In this document: piece by piece, positions 27,328 through 36,737 of the stretch
Numbering within the stretch: the stretch's first letter is position 1
Layout of the letters: each line of letters starts with the position of its first letter
Origin: an uncultured Spartobacteria bacterium
GTDB taxonomy: Bacteria; Verrucomicrobiota; Verrucomicrobiia; Chthoniobacterales; UBA6821
Assembly: GCA_903847935.1 (NCBI GenBank)
Contig: CAINEX010000051.1
Location: forward strand, 828 to 64,827
DNA: 64,000 nucleotides
Direction of reading: 5' to 3'
Notes under the pieces: generated by a model
Told to the model about the DNA's origin: nothing
Databases searched by the model: none
Seen by the model: only the letters and a program-made list of their open reading frames with translations
Program-made: the position numbers and the translations under genes

Positions 27328-28487
27328 TCAATGATAAAAAAGGGAGGGGCAATTTCCCTCTCTTCCTGCTCTTCCTGCTGATCCTTTCCATCGGAATCGG
27401 TCTACTCGCCTTCTGGAGAATAATGCATCCCGTCATTCCCCAAGCGACTGTCACAACGCTGAGGAGCCCTTTTTCCGTCACCTCCGCAGAGCGGAATCAG
27501 AATCTCTCTTCACCCGCACTGAGCGCCATGGACGATGAGTTCACCGAACTTGTCGAACACGTCATTCCATCCGTGGTGAGTATCACCACAACAACGGCAC
27601 CTGATCGCGAGGCCTTGGTACGTCAGTTCTTTGGCCTTGGCGGGGGAGGAGGAGTTCCAAAAACCAGTAAGATGGGTTCAGGGATGATTGTTTCATCAGA
27701 AGGGCATATCGTCACCAACTGGCATGTGATCAACGGAGCTTCGCAGATTGCCATTCAAATGAGCGATGGCCGCACCCTGCCTGCCCGTGTTGCGGGCGTT
27801 GACCAGCGATCCGATATCGCCGTGTTAAAAGTTGATGCCGAGAACCTTATCCCGATTGATCTGGGTGACTCCGAACAGGTCAAGGTGGGGCAAATGGTCT
27901 TCGCCGTGGGCAATCCCTTCGGTCTTCAGGAGACCGTGACCCAAGGTATCATCAGCGCGAAGGGACGCAGGACGACAAGCGAGGCAGCCAATGAGTTCTT
28001 TCAGACCAGCGCCACGATCAACCCAGGGAACTCTGGCGGACCGCTGATCGACATCCACGGGAAAGTCATCGGAATCAACAACTTCATTCTCAGTAGCAGC
28101 GGAGGGTCCGAGGGTATCGGCTTCTCCATTCCTTCCAATGTGGCTCGACGCGTCTATGAGGATGTCGTCCAGCATGGTCGGGTAATCCATCCATGGCTTG
28201 GCGTTGTGATGAGACCGCTCACTCCGGGCCTTGCAAAACAGCTTCTTCTTAGCAACACGCAGGGGGCCCTTGTGGCGGCAACGTTAGCCAATTCTCCCGC
28301 AGAGAAAGCAGGACTTCAGAGCGGGGACGTGATCCTCTCCATTGATGGGCGAGCAGTAAGAGATGGCAAGGATCTGCGGAACAGGGTGGCTGAGGCTCCG
28401 GTGGGGAATCGTGTGACCCTCTCGATTCTGAGGGCCGGGCATCCTATGGAATTGAGCACCGTTATGGACGAGGAACCAACGAACTGA
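27324..28487 (+). CDS. Membrane-anchored trypsin-like serine protease with PDZ domain (HtrA/DegS family, S1C)
   Basis: The catalytic triad contexts are TNWHVING (His), SDIAVLKV (Asp) and GNSGGPL (Ser). There is one C-terminal PDZ (GALVAATLANSPAEKAGLQSGDVILSIDG) and an N-terminal TM helix. Confidence 0.9.
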   Translation: MINDKKGRGNFPLFLLFLLILSIGIGLLAFWRIMHPVIPQATVTTLRSPFSVTSAERNQNLSSPALSAMDDEFTELVEHVIPSVVSITTTTAPDREALVRQFFGLGGGGGVPKTSKMGSGMIVSSEGHIVTNWHVINGASQIAIQMSDGRTLPARVAGVDQRSDIAVLKVDAENLIPIDLGDSEQVKVGQMVFAVGNPFGLQETVTQGIISAKGRRTTSEAANEFFQTSATINPGNSGGPLIDIHGKVIGINNFILSSSGGSEGIGFSIPSNVARRVYEDVVQHGRVIHPWLGVVMRPLTPGLAKQLLLSNTQGALVAATLANSPAEKAGLQSGDVILSIDGRAVRDGKDLRNRVAEAPVGNRVTLSILRAGHPMELSTVMDEEPTN

Positions 28488-28600
28488 TCCCACCCCGCGA
28501 ACTGTTCTCCCCTCTTCATTCTTATCTGAAAGAAAGCTCCGTCATTTTTTCAGAGACGCTTGCGATCACACCATCGCCTTAACTAGTATCAAGGGGTTGT

Positions 28601-29332
28601 ATGGTTCCTGAACACGCTCCCGGACTCCGGACTCACCGCCCTAACAGGATCTTCATTGCAGCGGCATGGATTCTTGGATTGATAGCGCTGTTCGAGTTGG
28701 GCCTTGCCGCAGTAGCCCTTCTCCCTTCGCTGATACCGGCCATTCATTCCAAAGAGGCCCTCCGGATTTCAAGTTCCGCAGCATCAGCATCCCCGGTCGC
28801 TGACTCCTCTTCCGCTCCGATCCCAGCACCTCCGGCAAAACCACTTCAGAGCTCCCCCGTGAAGGAGTTAATGGCCACCCATCCTCAGGATGCCCCTTTC
28901 GAACCCGCCAACTCGAACGCACCCGTGAACGGCTCCCCCCTAGGGATCGTGAGTGCCAAGCTTTTGAGCGGAGAAGAGGGATCCAAAAAACTCCTCATCG
29001 CCATCAAGGCGAGGAGCGGTGAGTCCATCGAAGTCCCACAGGTTAAGGTTCAGGTTTACTTCTATGACCAGGATGGAGATAGCGGAGATATCCTACCAAG
29101 CAAGGCTCAGGTCACCTCCTCATGGATGAGTCTCCCTGTTTCATGGCAGAAGAAAGAGGAGCCCGAACTCTTGCAAGTGAGCTATCTTCCAGACCAAACG
29201 GATCCCATGCCGAAATTCGCTGGTTACGTTGTCGCCGTCTATTACAAGGGTGACCTGCAGGATTACAGGTCAGAACCCTCCAAGCTCCAGAAACAGTTCC
29301 CCCTCAAGTACTTTATCGGACTTGACGAGTAG
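28601..29332 (+). CDS. Hypothetical membrane-anchored protein
   Basis: N-terminal TM helix (IFIAAAWILGLIALFELGLAAVALL), an Ala/Ser/Pro-rich linker and a beta-rich C-terminal domain. I recognise no family. Confidence 0.65.
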   Translation: MVPEHAPGLRTHRPNRIFIAAAWILGLIALFELGLAAVALLPSLIPAIHSKEALRISSSAASASPVADSSSAPIPAPPAKPLQSSPVKELMATHPQDAPFEPANSNAPVNGSPLGIVSAKLLSGEEGSKKLLIAIKARSGESIEVPQVKVQVYFYDQDGDSGDILPSKAQVTSSWMSLPVSWQKKEEPELLQVSYLPDQTDPMPKFAGYVVAVYYKGDLQDYRSEPSKLQKQFPLKYFIGLDE

Positions 29333-29334
29333 TC

Positions 29335-30354
29335 ATGCATTTTCCACGACACCCCCACATGGCAGCAAAGGGCAGAAGCCTCCGGCTGATCCACCTCTTG
29401 TTGTTCATGCTCCTCTTCCCGCTCACGCTCACTTTGAGGGCTCAGTTGCTCGTTGATTTCTCGCTTCAGCGCACTCTCTATATTGCCTATGAGCCTTTGC
29501 TTGCCACCGTGAGGATCACCAACCTCTCGGGAAGCAACCTCCTTTTGGCGGATGTCGAGGGAAAGAAGTGGTTCGGATTCCAGATTGAGACCCTTGATGG
29601 TCGCCCCATCCCGCCCATCAATCCGAATTATGAGATTGAGCCGGTACAGATTGGCGCAGGTGAGTCAATCACCCGTACGGTGAATCTAACACCACTCTAT
29701 CCGCTGGGCGACTACGGCAGTTATCGTGTTAGGGCAACAGTGTACGCCGCGGAACTCGGCGGTTACTTCAGCAGTCCTCCCATGACCGTTGAGATCACCG
29801 AGGGAAGACTGCTCTGGCAGCAAACCGTCGGAGTTCCCGGGATAAACCAAGGCCCCGGATCCGGAAGAACCATCAGCCTTCTCGCACAGAGGCTTCCGGA
29901 TAAGACAGACCTCTACCTGCGCATTCAGGATAAGGATGCTGGCATCGTCTACTGCACCTCACGACTGGGAGATTTCATCTCCTACGGGAAGCCACAGGTG
30001 CTCTTGGACTCCACCAACGCCATCCATATCCTTCAGAATTCAGCACCCCGACTCTTCGTTTACTCCAAGGTAAGTCTGGATGGAAAGATCCTCTCCCGTC
30101 TCTCTTACAATGCCCCAAAGACCCGACCGAGTCTGGTTCGCTCACCCGATGGAAGTATTGGCGTCTTGGGCGGGATCCCCTTTGATCCTCATGCCGCCCC
30201 TCCCCCCAACCAAATGGGCAAACTTTCCGAGCGCCCCGTGCCATTACCAACACCGGAAACCTCGCAATCCCCCGTACCGAAGAGCAAAGTTAAATCATCT
30301 TCCAAGGGTAATCCAACACCTCCTCCCACTAAAAGAACGGCTCCCACTGATTGA
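29335..30354 (+). CDS. Hypothetical secreted protein with Pro-rich C-terminal tail
   Basis: Starts 2 nt after the previous stop. It has a signal-like N-terminus (LIHLLLFMLLFPLTLTLRA) and a Pro/Lys-rich tail. I recognise no family. Confidence 0.65.
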   Translation: MHFPRHPHMAAKGRSLRLIHLLLFMLLFPLTLTLRAQLLVDFSLQRTLYIAYEPLLATVRITNLSGSNLLLADVEGKKWFGFQIETLDGRPIPPINPNYEIEPVQIGAGESITRTVNLTPLYPLGDYGSYRVRATVYAAELGGYFSSPPMTVEITEGRLLWQQTVGVPGINQGPGSGRTISLLAQRLPDKTDLYLRIQDKDAGIVYCTSRLGDFISYGKPQVLLDSTNAIHILQNSAPRLFVYSKVSLDGKILSRLSYNAPKTRPSLVRSPDGSIGVLGGIPFDPHAAPPPNQMGKLSERPVPLPTPETSQSPVPKSKVKSSSKGNPTPPPTKRTAPTD

Positions 30355-30424
30355 TAACGGGTGAAGACTTGGGAGGCCTCTCCGATGCCCCCTCCAGAGT
30401 AGGTTGACCACTTGCGACCGAATC

Positions 30425-32071
30425 TTATTTTCGGATCTTCTCAATGGTAATCAGTGAGACTGAGGGAGAGGGAAAGTTCATTTCCAAGGTCTGAGTGTGA
30501 TCGGAGCATGCGATCTCTCTTGAAAGAATGGTTTCCTGAGGTTCTGCCCGTTTGAGAAGATCAATCTGTTTTTCAGTAAGGATCTTTGGGCGTCCCATTC
30601 CAACCCACAGGCGGTATGGGTTCCCGTGTTGCTCGTCAATCCTCTGAATCTTTAGCTGAGTCCGATCTGATGGCAGACCATGCATTGTAAGCATACACTT
30701 GACCTCTTCGGACTTCATCACAGCCAATTCCTTGTCAGGCTCCGGTTTCGGATTCCTGTCTATCTTGATGGGAGTCTGGTTGTAGACCAGGATGGAGATC
30801 TTTCCGTCAACCTTGGTGGGAATCACCCCGAAATGATCCTCCAAGTTCGCAGGGACTTTCGCGGGGAAGAGTCGCGTGCCTAACCCGGCGATCAACTCCA
30901 TGACGGAGAGCACAGGCTTACGGATCAGTGTGAATCCCGCCTCTCCGGGCTGAGCGCGGAACAGAGCATGGGTGGTGCGTTGGTCCCAGCTTCCCAAGAA
31001 CATGTGGTCATTGCTAAAGAGTCGGTAGTTAACGCCCTTTTCAGGTCCCATCAACCGCTGGTGGAGATCGAGGTTTTGGGCCACAAAACAAGCATACCAA
31101 GGACCACACTCCCACCAGTACGGCTTGGCCCAACCTACAATCGGATCGGCCTCGTCGTTGATGAAAGGTTTCATCTTGAGGGAGGGATAGTTACTCCTCA
31201 GGTACCCAATACACTTCATCTCGCGGGCGATCATCCTACGAGGTTGATCCTTCACGTGGACCGAGATGAAATCGATCCTCACTCCCCTCTCACCCGTGAA
31301 GAAGTTAAGTCCTCTCTCACAGTGATCCATGAGGCCCGTGAAGAAGCCATTAAGTTCAGGAGCCGCGCTTCCCGGACCTCCAAATTTGAGTGCAGTATCC
31401 GCCCCCTTCAGCCCCTCGGAGCAGGCATCGTAATAGTTGAAGAAAACCTCGCGACTGTAGCCCCAGAAATGAGTCAGGTTTGGCTCATTGGTCGTCTCAA
31501 AGAGCCATTCCCTTATCTCATTGCGTCCATAGCGCAATTCCAGATGTGTTGCCAAATCCTTCACGAAGCGCTTCCAGTTCCTGATCTGCTCCGGTTTTCT
31601 CAAGTCATCGAAGTAGGATTTCCTATGCACAAGCTGCTCTTGGAAATTCTTGTCATAGGCACTTGCGGCAATGTCAGAACCGTCCGCAGGGAATCCCATC
31701 AATTCAAAAACCAACTTCAAACCACTTCCGGTCATCACATCAAGAGTCTGGTCAAGTCGTGACCAATCATACTGCGGATGATTCGATCCCATGCCCCTTG
31801 CCACGACCAGATTAAGTAGGTAGTGGGGACGAATGTATTTGATAGCCCGGGTCCCGAGGCTACCCACATCCCCGATCACGGCCTTCATCTCGTGAGTCGA
31901 CACAATATCAGCAGGAGAAAATCCTGTGCTGTTCCAGATTTCAGTCAGTGGTTCTGATTTTTTGGTAAAATCAACTATCACCCGATTGACCTCACTAACT
32001 TTGTTTTCAGAAGACCTCGCAAGCGAGATTGCGGACGCTACGATCGTTAAGAAAAAGAAGGAGTATTTCAT
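30425..32071 (-). CDS. GH39 glycoside hydrolase, alpha-L-iduronidase-like
   Basis: Signal-like N-terminus. The blocks WLFETTNEPN, NYYDACSEGL, NFFTGERGVRIDFISVH, INDEADPIVGW and RKPVLSVMEL match, from memory, the catalytic and neighbouring blocks of animal IDUA (FETWNEPD, NYYDACSEGL, IYNDEADPLVGW). Confidence 0.85.
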   Translation of the reverse strand: MKYSFFFLTIVASAISLARSSENKVSEVNRVIVDFTKKSEPLTEIWNSTGFSPADIVSTHEMKAVIGDVGSLGTRAIKYIRPHYLLNLVVARGMGSNHPQYDWSRLDQTLDVMTGSGLKLVFELMGFPADGSDIAASAYDKNFQEQLVHRKSYFDDLRKPEQIRNWKRFVKDLATHLELRYGRNEIREWLFETTNEPNLTHFWGYSREVFFNYYDACSEGLKGADTALKFGGPGSAAPELNGFFTGLMDHCERGLNFFTGERGVRIDFISVHVKDQPRRMIAREMKCIGYLRSNYPSLKMKPFINDEADPIVGWAKPYWWECGPWYACFVAQNLDLHQRLMGPEKGVNYRLFSNDHMFLGSWDQRTTHALFRAQPGEAGFTLIRKPVLSVMELIAGLGTRLFPAKVPANLEDHFGVIPTKVDGKISILVYNQTPIKIDRNPKPEPDKELAVMKSEEVKCMLTMHGLPSDRTQLKIQRIDEQHGNPYRLWVGMGRPKILTEKQIDLLKRAEPQETILSREIACSDHTQTLEMNFPSPSVSLITIEKIRK

Positions 32072-32206
32072 GGGGGTATGAGTGGACTTCTGATTTTTTT
32101 GGATTTAGGTGCGAGCAATCCAGATCGTCAACCATGATAATCGCATAGGATCCATCACTGATGATAGCAGGCCTTGGTACGTAACTATATTGATGATTGG
32201 AATTTT

Positions 32207-33070
32207 CTAGTTCACGGGAAGCAACTTCGAGAGGGTCGGCTCCATGGCTTCCGACCAGATCCGGTATCCGGTCGAATCGGGATGAAGCCTATCCGAGCCC
32301 AACCCCTTAAAGCTGACATCAACCTTACCATCCGCGGAGGTTACCACGACCTGCGGCATCAGGGGCACCAGATCAATCCAGTAGACCGATTGGCCATCAG
32401 CATACTCCTTGATGAGTGCATCAGCAGTCATCATTTTTTCGTTGAGGGGTAGGCCCTCTTTCCCAGCGCTCACCCTGTTGCTCGGCATGATACTGACCAA
32501 GAGAATCTTGATTCCGGGGAAGACACTCTGGGTTTTCGTGATCACGGCTTTAATACCGTTAGCGATCTCCTGAGGGGAGTTCTTCCTGTTATTGGTTCCA
32601 ATCATAATGACGGCCACCTTTGGCCTGAGGCTTCCGATGCCCATGTGATCGAGACGCCACAAGACATTCTGGATGCTGTCCCCACCTATTCCGAAGTCGA
32701 GCGTATGACGGGGTTCATATTTTTGGATCCAGATCGGGAGGGCACCTCGTTTCGCATCAAGCCAGAGTCGGGTGATGGAATCACCGATGAAAATAAGATC
32801 GCATGATTTCCCTTTGAAGGCATCGACGCGCTTCTGGCACTCTTCCAGTCGTTGGACGCCCGTCACGCCATTCTTCACTGTTACGTCGGAGTATTTACTG
32901 CCATCCGGTTGAGTAGTTGGTATCCCACCCGCCGATTCCGAAGTCTTACCGGAGGGAGAAGAAGCAGAGGCTTGCGAAATCGGGAGGATGGAATTCGAAT
33001 AAGCTCCCTTGGTGGTGACTACTGATATTGCAGTCGAGAAAAGGAGTGCGCAGAAGAGGGGGGAATTCAT
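32207..33070 (-). CDS. SGNH/GDSL hydrolase family esterase
   Basis: Block I is LIFIGDSIT, block II IGGDS, block III MIGTNN and block V DRLHP. The N-terminus is signal-like. Confidence 0.85.
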   Translation of the reverse strand: MNSPLFCALLFSTAISVVTTKGAYSNSILPISQASASSPSGKTSESAGGIPTTQPDGSKYSDVTVKNGVTGVQRLEECQKRVDAFKGKSCDLIFIGDSITRLWLDAKRGALPIWIQKYEPRHTLDFGIGGDSIQNVLWRLDHMGIGSLRPKVAVIMIGTNNRKNSPQEIANGIKAVITKTQSVFPGIKILLVSIMPSNRVSAGKEGLPLNEKMMTADALIKEYADGQSVYWIDLVPLMPQVVVTSADGKVDVSFKGLGSDRLHPDSTGYRIWSEAMEPTLSKLLPVN

Positions 33071-33104
33071 AGTGGCAGATCACCTTGAGAGGATTATAAT
33101 TACT

Positions 33105-33179
<75 letters not shown>

Positions 33180-33240
33180 AATCACCACTTAAAAAAAGTA
33201 GGGGAAAAAAGTTGTAACCTTAAGAGATCAAGACTGCAAA

Positions 33241-33753
33241 ATGAAATTTGCGTGGAGGAGATATTTCGGGGAGGTTGGTGCGATCGCGTCCCGATTCATG
33301 ACCTCTTTGCTTGTAGCTCCACTCCAGATCAGGAGAGTTTCTTTTAAGGGAACTCTCCTTGTCATGGTGCTCCTCCTTGCTCTTCAGGGGTGTATTGCTC
33401 CGGGCTATCCCTACAATGGAGGTGTGCCTCAAGGTTCGATTCCACCGGGCAGCGTTGCCGGACAAACTTATGGTCAGCCTATCCTAGCATCACAGGGGGT
33501 GCCGAGTGGCGTGATCGCGCCTACCTATTCTTTTCCCTATGTTTACGCGCCCGCACCGGTTCTGATCGCCCCCTCATTCTATTTCGGTTGGGGCAACGGC
33601 TACTGGTATGGCAATCGCTTCTGGCCTTATCGTCCGGGTTGCGCCTTCTACGGAGGACGCTATTACGGCGGATACGCCCGTGGGTACTGGCGGGGTCGTG
33701 CAGTGTGGGGTGGTGGTAATGCCGCATATCGGGGCTACGGTGCCCGCTATTAA
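33241..33753 (+). CDS. Gly/Tyr/Arg/Trp-rich putative lipoprotein
   Basis: Lipobox-like LLLALQGC and a low-complexity C-terminus (GGRYYGGYARGYWRGRAVWGGG). The true start may be the ATG at 33298 (MTSLLV). Confidence 0.6.
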   Translation: MKFAWRRYFGEVGAIASRFMTSLLVAPLQIRRVSFKGTLLVMVLLLALQGCIAPGYPYNGGVPQGSIPPGSVAGQTYGQPILASQGVPSGVIAPTYSFPYVYAPAPVLIAPSFYFGWGNGYWYGNRFWPYRPGCAFYGGRYYGGYARGYWRGRAVWGGGNAAYRGYGARY

Positions 33754-33859
33754 ACCGCTAACCACTTGATCGGGATTGTCTGAGGGGTCTTGAAGGGATC
33801 GTTCTTGTTGCCCTTTTCTCTCCTTCAACTATCCTCTCCCGGCATTACGGAAAGAGCGC

Positions 33860-34585
33860 ATGGATAAAAAGAAATTGGCCGCCGAGCATCTGATGAACCC
33901 GCTCGAGGAGCGTATCGGATACAAGTTTCGCAACTCCCTCCTGCTGGCGGAGGCCCTTACCCATGCCAGTATCTCGTTGGAGCGGAAGGATTACCCCTTT
34001 GATAACCAGAGACTTGAGTTCCTTGGGGATGCCATCCTTCAGCTTGTCATCACGGAGGAACTCTTCCGAAAATTTCCCGACTTCAGCGAAGGTCAACTCA
34101 CGAAGATTCGGACAAGACTTGTCTCGCGCACCGCACTGAAGGAGCATGCCGAGACCCTGAGGCTCGGAGAGCACCTCATGATGGGTCGCGGGGAAGATGC
34201 GAGTGGTGGGAGGGAGAGAGCCTCCACGCTGGCAGATGCCTTCGAGGCACTGGTCGGGGGGATCTACATGGATGGAGGACTAACCGCCGCAAAGACTTTC
34301 ATCCTGAGATCCGCTGCCGATCACTTCAAACAGGTTGACGAGGAACCCGGGGAAATCAATCCCAAGGGAAAACTCCAGGAACTCCTTCAAGCACTCGCCC
34401 CCAGTGCTCCCTCATATGAGGTTCTCTCGGAAAGTGGGCCCGAACATCTCAAGCACTTCCGCTGTCGTGTCCTCTGGGAGGGACTCGATCTTGGGGAAGG
34501 AGAGGGAAACAGTAAAAAGGAGGCCGAAGTAGCAGCGGCCATGAATGCCCTCCTAGCCGAAGTCTGGCTGACCCGAGCCCCCTGA
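33860..34585 (+). CDS. rnc: Ribonuclease III
   Basis: Signature QRLEFLGDAILQLVITE plus a C-terminal dsRBD (GPEHLKHFRCRV...GEGNSKKEAEVAAA). Confidence 0.95.
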   Translation: MDKKKLAAEHLMNPLEERIGYKFRNSLLLAEALTHASISLERKDYPFDNQRLEFLGDAILQLVITEELFRKFPDFSEGQLTKIRTRLVSRTALKEHAETLRLGEHLMMGRGEDASGGRERASTLADAFEALVGGIYMDGGLTAAKTFILRSAADHFKQVDEEPGEINPKGKLQELLQALAPSAPSYEVLSESGPEHLKHFRCRVLWEGLDLGEGEGNSKKEAEVAAAMNALLAEVWLTRAP

Positions 34586-34699
34586 TTGCAGAAAGCCAAG
34601 AAATAACAGCACCTGATCCTCCAGAAGTTCAAAAAAATCCCTCCTAGGGAATTCCCTGATTTCCTGATCACATAGACTTTTTCCGCATCATTCCCTGAC

Positions 34700-35272
34700 A
34701 TGGACTTTATCTCACTCACCACCCCGAATCTCCCACTTGTCGCAATCCTGATCGGACTCCTCCTGAGCGGCACTCATCTCCTCGGTCTGCTTCTACCGGA
34801 ACAGACTATGGCTTGGGCCCGCAGAATGCCTCGCTCCCGCTTCTGGGGAACGCTCCTCCTGACGGTCGCGGCAGTCTGGTTCCTAATCATTTTAGCCACT
34901 ACGGATCTTGGGGAATTCTCACCAATGAGAAATAAACTCCTCCTGGGGGCCCTTGTCCTCTCTGTGCTGCTCTGGAAGTTTGTGCCTGATTTCCTGGCTT
35001 CCCGCTCGATCGGATTCCTGCTTTTGCTGGGGGCGCATCCGGTCCTAGAGACGACTTTCCTCCAAGCAGGCCTGCTGAAGATGGCGCTCGTCCTGCTTGC
35101 CTATGCCTGGGCACTGATCGGACTCTTTCTGGTTGGTATGCCCTACCTCCAGCGCGATGCCATTGAATGGTTCTGCTCCGCGCCATGGCGATGGAAGGCA
35201 GCATGCTGGCCCGGACTCCTCTATGGTCTGCTCCTGCTGATCGATGGTGTCAGGATGAGCTTCCTGAGTTGA
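34700..35272 (+). CDS. Hypothetical polytopic membrane protein
   Basis: 190 aa with about 5 hydrophobic helices. I recognise no family. Confidence 0.6.
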   Translation: MDFISLTTPNLPLVAILIGLLLSGTHLLGLLLPEQTMAWARRMPRSRFWGTLLLTVAAVWFLIILATTDLGEFSPMRNKLLLGALVLSVLLWKFVPDFLASRSIGFLLLLGAHPVLETTFLQAGLLKMALVLLAYAWALIGLFLVGMPYLQRDAIEWFCSAPWRWKAACWPGLLYGLLLLIDGVRMSFLS

Positions 35273-35330
35273 TTCTTTTTACTTCCCAGTATCTTTACGG
35301 GGTATCCTTCATCCGACTCCGCATCATATC

Positions 35331-36650
35331 CTATTCACATCTGAGTGCCTTCACTGGATCAAGTCGTGAGGCGATCCAGGCGGGGATGAGCGCCGCAAGC
35401 GAGCAGATCACGAAAGCACTCACACAGATCAAGGCCACATCTGTAGGCACAACCTCGGCAGGGATTTCATTGAACTGATAGACACTCCTCGGAAAGATCT
35501 CGACCCCGAGCGTCGAGGCCAACCACTGGCTGACCTCGTTGCGCCAGCGGATCAGACTCATGCCGAGCAGCAGACCGCTTGCCACGCCAATGATGCCGAC
35601 AACCATCCCCTGAACCAAAAAGACGGAGACGATCTGCCAAGTACGTGCACCGAGTGCTTTTAAGACGCCGATTTCCCGTGTCTTCTGGACGGTGATGGTG
35701 ATGAGAGTGTTCATGATCCCGAAGGCGGCCACCAGAATGATGAACATCAGCAGGAAGAACATCACGTGGCGCTCCATGGCGATCGCATCGAAGAGTTGCT
35801 TGTTCATATCCATCCAGGTCACGCAGGAGAGATCCTCAGTGAGGACCTTCCTGAGATCCTCCCGTAACTCGGCGGCGCGATTGGGGTCTGTCGTCCTGAC
35901 GGCGAGTCCGTGCACGGATCCCCCTAGTCCGTATAGCTCCTGCCCGATATGTAGGGGGACCAGCAGGAACTCACTATCGTAGAGATAACGGCCGCTCTCG
36001 AAAATCCCGGTCACCGTCAACTGTGTGGGCAGGACCAGTTGGCGCAGGGAATCGATGTCCTTCTCCTTGGAAGGTTGAGAAGATTTCCCGGACTTTGATT
36101 TCAGACGGTCAAGCTGCTCGAGAACCTGACCGAGATTTCCCGGAGAATAGATTGTGATGACATCCCCGACATGGACTCCAAGTGTTCCTGCAAGCTCCGA
36201 TCCGAGAACGGCCGAGTCTCCGGAGAGGTCAAGCTTCCCCGAGACGATGAACTTGGAGAGATCGCTCACCTTCTGCTCAAGCTCTGGCTCGATACCACGA
36301 ATCTTCGGGGCGAGCCTCTGGTGATTGAACTCCACGATGACGGGTCCCTGCACGAAGGGGGCGGAAGCCACGATACCGGGCACAGCGGCGGCTTTCTCAG
36401 CCACATCTTTCCATCCATCCATAAGGCCATTGTTACTGACGAGCAGGTGGGCGTCGAAACCGATTACTTTACGCTGAAGCTCGCGCTCAAAGCCGGTCAT
36501 GACCGACATGACCAGGATGAGCACCGTGATACCGAGGGTGACTCCAATGACGGAAATGAGCGTGATGACTGCAAGGAAAGTACGCTTCGGCTTGAGATAT
36601 CGTGCCGCGAGGAAGAGCGGAGCCGGAAGTTGCATTCCGTAAGGTGACAT
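35331..36650 (-). CDS. Lipoprotein-releasing ABC transporter permease, LolC/LolE family (FtsX-like)
   Basis: FLAARYLKPKRTF...VIGVTLGITVLILVMSVMTGFE start and a C-terminal FtsX domain. I prefer the ATG at 36650 (MSPYGMQ) over the track start at 36701. Confidence 0.88.
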   Translation of the reverse strand: MSPYGMQLPAPLFLAARYLKPKRTFLAVITLISVIGVTLGITVLILVMSVMTGFERELQRKVIGFDAHLLVSNNGLMDGWKDVAEKAAAVPGIVASAPFVQGPVIVEFNHQRLAPKIRGIEPELEQKVSDLSKFIVSGKLDLSGDSAVLGSELAGTLGVHVGDVITIYSPGNLGQVLEQLDRLKSKSGKSSQPSKEKDIDSLRQLVLPTQLTVTGIFESGRYLYDSEFLLVPLHIGQELYGLGGSVHGLAVRTTDPNRAAELREDLRKVLTEDLSCVTWMDMNKQLFDAIAMERHVMFFLLMFIILVAAFGIMNTLITITVQKTREIGVLKALGARTWQIVSVFLVQGMVVGIIGVASGLLLGMSLIRWRNEVSQWLASTLGVEIFPRSVYQFNEIPAEVVPTDVALICVSAFVICSLAALIPAWIASRLDPVKALRCE

Positions 36651-36737
36651 GACGGCGCCAAAAGAAAATTTTAAAAATAAAGAAGCGGACTCCTCCTTCA
36701 CGTCGTCAGATATCCTAGCGCGCTCCTATCAATATCT

